30,316 bases of DNA from Candidatus Thorarchaeota archaeon (GTDB taxonomy: Archaea; Asgardarchaeota; Heimdallarchaeia; Hodarchaeales; Hodarchaeaceae): NCBI GenBank assembly GCA_048882505.1, contig JBHLRO010000015.1, positions 64,391 to 94,706 of the forward strand, read 5' to 3'. Under the pieces are notes generated by a model. It searched no databases. It saw only the letters and a list, made by a program, of their open reading frames with translations, and was not told where the DNA came from. Each line of letters opens with the position of its first letter. Position 1 is the stretch's first letter. Positions 25,167-30,316 of the stretch are shown here, piece after piece. The position numbers and the translations under genes were made by a program.

Positions 25167-26357
25167 GTGCCTCTTAAACAAAGAAAACGCATGATTTATC
25201 TATTCCTCTGTTTATTCTTCAGCTTTAGTTTTATGGTGGAAAGTTCGTCAGCCAATCCGAAAACAGATTACACTGGAATAGTGGTTGTTTTTGACGAGGC
25301 CCATGGCCAGTTATTCAATCGGTCTTTATATAGTCAGGCACTGGCCGCTCTCACCGATTTGGGGATAAGAATTGTTTTTAACACTCAACCAATTAATGAA
25401 ACATCGTTAGAAGGTACCGATCTGTTTATCTCAACCAATCCTACGGAAAGGTTCTCTACCACTGAATTTTTTTACATACAAGAGTTTCTTCTTTCCGGCA
25501 AGTCTGCACTCTTACTAGCTAATCCTTTAAATGAAGAAAACGATTCACTTACAGGGCGCGGGGATATACTAAATGGAATCCTACGAAGAGCCCAAATTGA
25601 GGCGGTAATTGGGTTTTGGACTTATTCGGAGGATGTTGGTATCGTAAAGCGGACTGATAGAGTTCTAAATGATTTTAACAATGCAGGCATGGCAACTCAC
25701 CTGGTTATTGAGGTGAATTCCTCCTCTCACGAACTTTTGGGTTTTGATAACTCCAATGTTACCACCCTAATTACAACCAGCTGCTCAGTTGGCAATGATG
25801 GTGAAATCCTAATATCTGCATCCTCTGAGGCTTACGCTGAAACCGTTCTAGGCCCCCCACATTCGTATTCAACTGAGATTACGTTATTTGCTTCTGCGGG
25901 AGAACAGATCGAAGAGGGAAAAGCGATTGTTGGTGGTTCAAGTCTAATGTTTAGTGATCTTTATGATCCAGTCCTGGACACTACATGGTACTCTAGTGCG
26001 GATAATTCTGTTTTTTGGAAAAATCTTGTCAAATGGCTTGTACAAAAGGAAGATGTATTAACAAGTCCTACTCCTCAATTTACCGACGAAATGCTTGCTT
26101 ATTTACTCATTATTGCGGCATTTGGAGTCGTATTTGCCCTTGGTGGGAGTAGCTTGTTCTTGGTTGGATCAGGGAGAAAGCCAGATCTGGTTAAATCAGA
26201 TGAAATTATCCCTCTTATTACAAAAAGAAGTCCTACCGCTACCTCTGATAATCAGCCAACTAGTGAAACACAGCAAACATCCAAAGCATCGAAGAGGGAA
26301 AGGAGACTTAAACAAATAAAAAAGCCTCCCGCTCGTTCACGAGGAAAGAAGAAGTAG
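25167..26357 (+). CDS. Secreted, membrane-anchored DUF4350/GldG-like (class I glutamine-amidotransferase-like fold) protein
   Basis: N-terminal signal-like segment, VVVFDEAHGQ, ADNSVFWKNLVKWL, C-terminal TM helix and basic tail. Confidence 0.65.
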   Translation: MPLKQRKRMIYLFLCLFFSFSFMVESSSANPKTDYTGIVVVFDEAHGQLFNRSLYSQALAALTDLGIRIVFNTQPINETSLEGTDLFISTNPTERFSTTEFFYIQEFLLSGKSALLLANPLNEENDSLTGRGDILNGILRRAQIEAVIGFWTYSEDVGIVKRTDRVLNDFNNAGMATHLVIEVNSSSHELLGFDNSNVTTLITTSCSVGNDGEILISASSEAYAETVLGPPHSYSTEITLFASAGEQIEEGKAIVGGSSLMFSDLYDPVLDTTWYSSADNSVFWKNLVKWLVQKEDVLTSPTPQFTDEMLAYLLIIAAFGVVFALGGSSLFLVGSGRKPDLVKSDEIIPLITKRSPTATSDNQPTSETQQTSKASKRERRLKQIKKPPARSRGKKK

Positions 26358-26367
26358 GTGTATATAA

Positions 26368-26616
26368 TTGGGTCGTAAACGCAAACGTATCGTCCGTACG
26401 AGACCAATCCCAACCCTCCCCACAGTTTTTAATTGCCCTCTCTGCGGAACAACAAATTCTATCCAAATTGATATTAATCGAAAAAACCAAATCGCTCTAA
26501 TTTCATGTGGCAAGTGCAAAACCAACGCATCAAGGCCGGTTCGTCCAATCGAAGAAAGAGTTGACGTATATGGCGATTGGTTGGATGAATTATTCTCTGC
26601 AGATGCAGAAAAATAA
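26368..26616 (+). CDS. elf1: Transcription elongation factor Elf1-like Zn ribbon
   Basis: MGRKRKR...LPTVFNCPLC...ISCGKC...VDVYGDWLD; TTG start after AGGTG. Confidence 0.93.
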   Translation: MGRKRKRIVRTRPIPTLPTVFNCPLCGTTNSIQIDINRKNQIALISCGKCKTNASRPVRPIEERVDVYGDWLDELFSADAEK

Positions 26617-26705
26617 GTTCATTTGTAGGACGTCAGTTAGAGGATAAGCGGTAATTCCTCTCTATTCTCGATAGGTTACATTAGATTGAAAAATTCCCGA
26701 GAGAA

Positions 26706-27353
26706 TTGAGGTTTATGGAACAAGAGACCAAACGAAAGGTAATTCATATCGCTATGGGCTTTTTAAGTCTTTTACTCGGTATTTTTCCCCGATGGATATC
26801 CATACTTTGTGTGCTGATTGCCTTGTTTTTTGTGGGAATAATTGCACGGCCATCTGTTTGGAAAACAGGATTTGACGCCATGGCATCACGGTTGGAAGAC
26901 CAGGACAGCGGTTCTCTTCATGGACCAATCCTCTATGTCCTGATGGTTTTGCTTTCCGTAATATTTTTAGATTTACGAGTAGCTGCTGCCGTTTTTGTCA
27001 TCATGGCTTTTGGAGATGGACTGGCCAATGTTGTGGGAACGAGATATGGAGTCCACAGGTTTGAACAATTGAATGGAAAGAGTTTTGAAGGTTTCATAAC
27101 ATTCCTGGCCTCCGCATTTATCTGCAGTGTGTTTATCGTTTCTTGGGTTTCCATGAATCCTGCTGTCAACCCCTGGATTACCTTGTTCGAGATACGATCT
27201 ATTGAGCAACTTCCCCTTGAGCAGATTGTTATAAGTTGTTTTCAAACATCTTTCGTTTGTGCAATCATTGAACTAACAACTGGAAATTTCGTAAATGATA
27301 ATATCTCGGTTCCTGTAATTGCAGGAGCCCTTTTAACCTTTCTGTTGAAGTAA
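26706..27353 (+). CDS. Dolichol/phytol kinase-like membrane protein (SEC59/DGK1/VTE5, cytidylyltransferase family)
   Basis: RKVIHI, FGDGLANVVGTRYG, GKSFEG and DNISVP motifs. Start probably ATG 26715. Confidence 0.88.
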   Translation: MRFMEQETKRKVIHIAMGFLSLLLGIFPRWISILCVLIALFFVGIIARPSVWKTGFDAMASRLEDQDSGSLHGPILYVLMVLLSVIFLDLRVAAAVFVIMAFGDGLANVVGTRYGVHRFEQLNGKSFEGFITFLASAFICSVFIVSWVSMNPAVNPWITLFEIRSIEQLPLEQIVISCFQTSFVCAIIELTTGNFVNDNISVPVIAGALLTFLLK

Positions 27354-27357
27354 GATT

Positions 27358-27945
27358 ATGATTCCCTTTTCTTATATCCCTATCAGTGGACGTCCAAATG
27401 CCGGAAAGACTTCTCTGATTAATTTCCTTACCAAATCAAAGAGACCTGTAGGAAAACGACCAGGTACAACCAAACGGATTAATTCCATCCCATTGGTTGA
27501 AGATCTATACTTGGTCGACCTTCCAGGGTTTGGGCGAATCGAAAGGCGATCCAAAGAGACAGAAGAGAGGGTAAAGGACCAAATCGTGCAATACTTTGAT
27601 GATTCTACGCGTAGATTAGCTATTGCGATCCATATTATTGATATTTCAACCTTTCATCTAGTCGTTGAAAATTTGGAGAAAAAAGGAATAATCCCCATCG
27701 ACATCGAGATGATTCGTTTTGTTGCCGAATTCTCCAAATTTCCGCCACTCGTCATTTTTAACAAGATCGACAAAGTGAAGAAGAGCTTGATCGATTCTAA
27801 CAGACAATTGCTTAAATCGTATCAGCTTCCTCCCATGCGGCTGTTCTTACTATCCCTCAAAACGAAAGAAGGTTGCCAGATTTTTCGTAATACCCTGAAA
27901 AATTTTGTTATTGCAAGATATGGACAAAAATACAGCCATTGGTAA
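27358..27945 (+). CDS. engB: GTP-binding protein EngB/YihA (archaeal type)
   Basis: GRPNAGKTS, PGTT, DLPGFG, IIPID and NKID motifs. Confidence 0.9.
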   Translation: MIPFSYIPISGRPNAGKTSLINFLTKSKRPVGKRPGTTKRINSIPLVEDLYLVDLPGFGRIERRSKETEERVKDQIVQYFDDSTRRLAIAIHIIDISTFHLVVENLEKKGIIPIDIEMIRFVAEFSKFPPLVIFNKIDKVKKSLIDSNRQLLKSYQLPPMRLFLLSLKTKEGCQIFRNTLKNFVIARYGQKYSHW

Positions 27946-28117
27946 CAATATGTATCTGATAACAAGAATTCAAGACCATTTAACGAGAGAAAATGTAATA
28001 ATTGTTTAGGCCCCAACATTGAAGGTGAGGAAAAAGTTTGGATATAGTTGCAACTATTTAAGAAAGCTGTGTCAATATTAAGTATAAGGAGAGGATTTTG
28101 CATTTGGTGAGCATCCA

Positions 28118-30271
28118 TTGAGTAATATTGAAGAGTTGGTTCAAAAGATCGCTCAGAAATCAGGTTTATCTAGAGCGGAAATTCTCCAAAAGATTGAACA
28201 CAAAAAGGAGGATTTAGGATTCTTTGTTAATGATATCGCTGCAGCGTATATCATTGCTAAGGATATGAACATTGAGCTTGAGAGGCCAGAGCTCACTAAA
28301 AAATCGACTCTCACAGTAGGAAGACTCAAAAGAATGGAACCCGGACTATCCGGGGTGAATCTCACAGGAAGAGTATTACGGATCTATAAACCTATTGAAT
28401 TCGTGAGAGAAGGAAATAAGAATATTTTGGCACCATTTCTTTTCCATGATGGGACTGGTCAAATTCGAACTATCCTTTGGGGGAACAAGGCCCGTCTTAT
28501 AACAGAAAAGCAGGTGGAAAGAGGGTCTATCATTAAAATTCGCCAAGGATACACAAAATTAGGACGAAGTGGTGATTTAGAGCTCCACGTTGGTGATCGC
28601 GGTTCACTTGATATTGAAACGGAAGTCGACCTTTCCAATCTTCCCAATCCCGAGGATGAGGTCCTCAACATCGATATTCTTGATGAAGAAACGGCCGAAG
28701 CCGACGTTCGTGCTGTTGTTCATAAGATCGGAAACCTAGTTACTTTTGATCGGAAAGATGGCTCTCAAGGTAGAGTAACTAACTTGTTTCTTAAAGGAGA
28801 TCAAACTGTTCGAAGAATGGTTTTCTGGGATGATCGAGCTGAGGAACCATTTAATTTTACGCGGGGAGATGAGCTGCTTATCCAAGCAGGTTCTGTTAAG
28901 CTAGATCGTGAAGGTAAACCTGAGATCGTAGCGACACGGAGTACTAATATTACAAAGATTGGCCATCAGGTTCTTCCTGATTTGGAGGATCGTACAACTA
29001 CTGCACATATAGCTACACAAGAAGTGGTACAAAAAAAGATTGCCAAAATTAATTCCGACGATAGTGTGATAGCGGTACTAGTCCGAAAAGGACCTTCTGA
29101 CGAGACTGTTCGAAACTTTACGCGTAAAGACGGATCCCCAGGATCAGTTAAACGGGCAATCGTCTTTGATGAGACCGGATCAACAACTTTGGTGCTTTGG
29201 GACGAAACAATCGATGCATTTAATCAGGTGACGGACTCTACTATCGAACTTACAAAAGTAAGGGTAACAGTGTCACGATACAATACACTTGAACTTCATA
29301 CCGTGAACGATACGGAATTTCTCCCTCAGGAAGCGTCCCAGATCCCTCAAGATCCTCCTATTCAAGATATTGAAAACCTCAATCCTCAACAAGGTCTGGC
29401 CAGTATTCAGGGAATAATTCAAGGAATTTCCGATCCTCGTGAATTTACTCGAACTGATGGCTCAGCAGGTCGGGTAATCTCAATGACTATCGAAGATACG
29501 ACAGGTACTTGTCAAATTGTCGCATGGGGGGACTCTGTGGAAAAATTGGTTGATATGAAAGAAAAAGACCTCAAATATGTCAAGATTTTCTTTGGTCGCG
29601 TTCGTCAAGGAAATGATGATAATATAGAGCTCCATTTAACTTCCCAAACGCACGTCCGTCCCTCTTCTCGTATCCCCGCTCTGCTACGCCAAATTAAAAT
29701 CCGTGAGTTTGAAGATGCTCAGCCCACACGGCCATCCATCGATTATGAAAAAATTCAGCTCTCCGAACTCTCCGAACAAGATGACGCTCGGGCAATCGAA
29801 GTTTTTGGTAAACTAATTCGGGTTTTCCAACAAATCCCGTATTATCGGGCGTGCCCCAAGTGCCGGAAAAAGGTACTTGAAACAGGACAGGAATCTGGCT
29901 GGGAATGTAGTACCCATGGAAGTGTCGAACCACAGATTATCATGCGTCTCTCTGGCATTGTGGACGATGGAACAGGGACAATAAGGGTTACCTTCTTTGG
30001 ACGTTCTGGAGAACGATTAAGCTCGATTTCTGCACCTCAGATAAGGACAATGCTGGAAAAAGGTCTTTCTGACGAAGATATCTTTGATTCGGTTCAATCG
30101 GAAGTTGAAGGGATTAATATCATGGTTCGCGGCAGAATTCGACTCCAGGCGCGCGAAGTGCAAGGCGAAACTATCCAGAACCAAACCCTTATGGCTAATT
30201 CCGTCTTCCTTCCTGAACCACAGAAACTTGCCTATGAAATGATTAATAGTTTCCAAGATGAAACTGCCTAA
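28118..30271 (+). CDS. rpa: Replication protein A (multi-OB-fold ssDNA-binding protein with C-terminal Zn finger)
   Basis: N-terminal helical domain, repeated OB folds (F.R.DGS.G.V...D.TG...W), CPKC...CSTH Zn site and DDGTGTIRVTFFG. Confidence 0.92.
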   Translation: MSNIEELVQKIAQKSGLSRAEILQKIEHKKEDLGFFVNDIAAAYIIAKDMNIELERPELTKKSTLTVGRLKRMEPGLSGVNLTGRVLRIYKPIEFVREGNKNILAPFLFHDGTGQIRTILWGNKARLITEKQVERGSIIKIRQGYTKLGRSGDLELHVGDRGSLDIETEVDLSNLPNPEDEVLNIDILDEETAEADVRAVVHKIGNLVTFDRKDGSQGRVTNLFLKGDQTVRRMVFWDDRAEEPFNFTRGDELLIQAGSVKLDREGKPEIVATRSTNITKIGHQVLPDLEDRTTTAHIATQEVVQKKIAKINSDDSVIAVLVRKGPSDETVRNFTRKDGSPGSVKRAIVFDETGSTTLVLWDETIDAFNQVTDSTIELTKVRVTVSRYNTLELHTVNDTEFLPQEASQIPQDPPIQDIENLNPQQGLASIQGIIQGISDPREFTRTDGSAGRVISMTIEDTTGTCQIVAWGDSVEKLVDMKEKDLKYVKIFFGRVRQGNDDNIELHLTSQTHVRPSSRIPALLRQIKIREFEDAQPTRPSIDYEKIQLSELSEQDDARAIEVFGKLIRVFQQIPYYRACPKCRKKVLETGQESGWECSTHGSVEPQIIMRLSGIVDDGTGTIRVTFFGRSGERLSSISAPQIRTMLEKGLSDEDIFDSVQSEVEGINIMVRGRIRLQAREVQGETIQNQTLMANSVFLPEPQKLAYEMINSFQDETA

Positions 30272-30316
30272 CAACAGGTCTAAGCCCACATGATGAGGAA
30301 AATAGGGACGGCGAGA

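Noticed and set aside
24805-25194. 129-aa plus-strand ORF and other short antisense ORFs nested in long genes (e.g. 348..761, 4523..4846, 16306..16737, 19198..19500)
   Set aside because: They are shadow frames of well-supported genes on the opposite strand, with no motifs or SD support
28700-29500. Recurring DNA similarity as a possible CRISPR or tandem repeat
   Set aside because: Explained by repeated OB-fold codons within RPA. No constant-repeat/spacer array or cas gene is in the window.

Overview
A 30.3 kb chromosomal segment of an archaeon, most likely an Asgard archaeon of the Heimdallarchaeia (Hodarchaeales-like). This placement is inferred from a strongly eukaryote-like EF-2 plus eS26, eS19, Elf1, an Sm protein, Rio2 and a Roadblock/LC7 protein. 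From left to right: (1) a nucleoside uptake and salvage cluster (ABC ATPase 3' end, fused double permease, PfkB kinase, nucleoside phosphorylase, deoxynucleoside kinase, thymidine kinase, Thermococcus-type phosphopentomutase); (2) an orphan ABC ATPase, rio2, a DUF460 RNase H-fold protein, Sm and a second PfkB; (3) a ~2.1 kb accessory insert bracketed by two diverged direct copies of the Roadblock gene's promoter region, leader and first 8 codons, holding an orphan gene and gene remnants; (4) Roadblock, a membrane protein, eS26, tRNA-Arg(TCG), a permuted DNA methyltransferase and EF-2; (5) a small ORF missed by the track (ATT start), a PD-(D/E)XK protein, BirA, a membrane protein, PDCD5 and eS19; (6) a secreted DUF4350-like protein, Elf1, a dolichol-kinase-like protein, EngB and a multi-OB RPA. 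No CRISPR array, rRNA, integrase or transposase was seen. The most notable unexplained structure is the duplicated Roadblock 5' module. All assignments come from motif recognition by eye; no searches were run.
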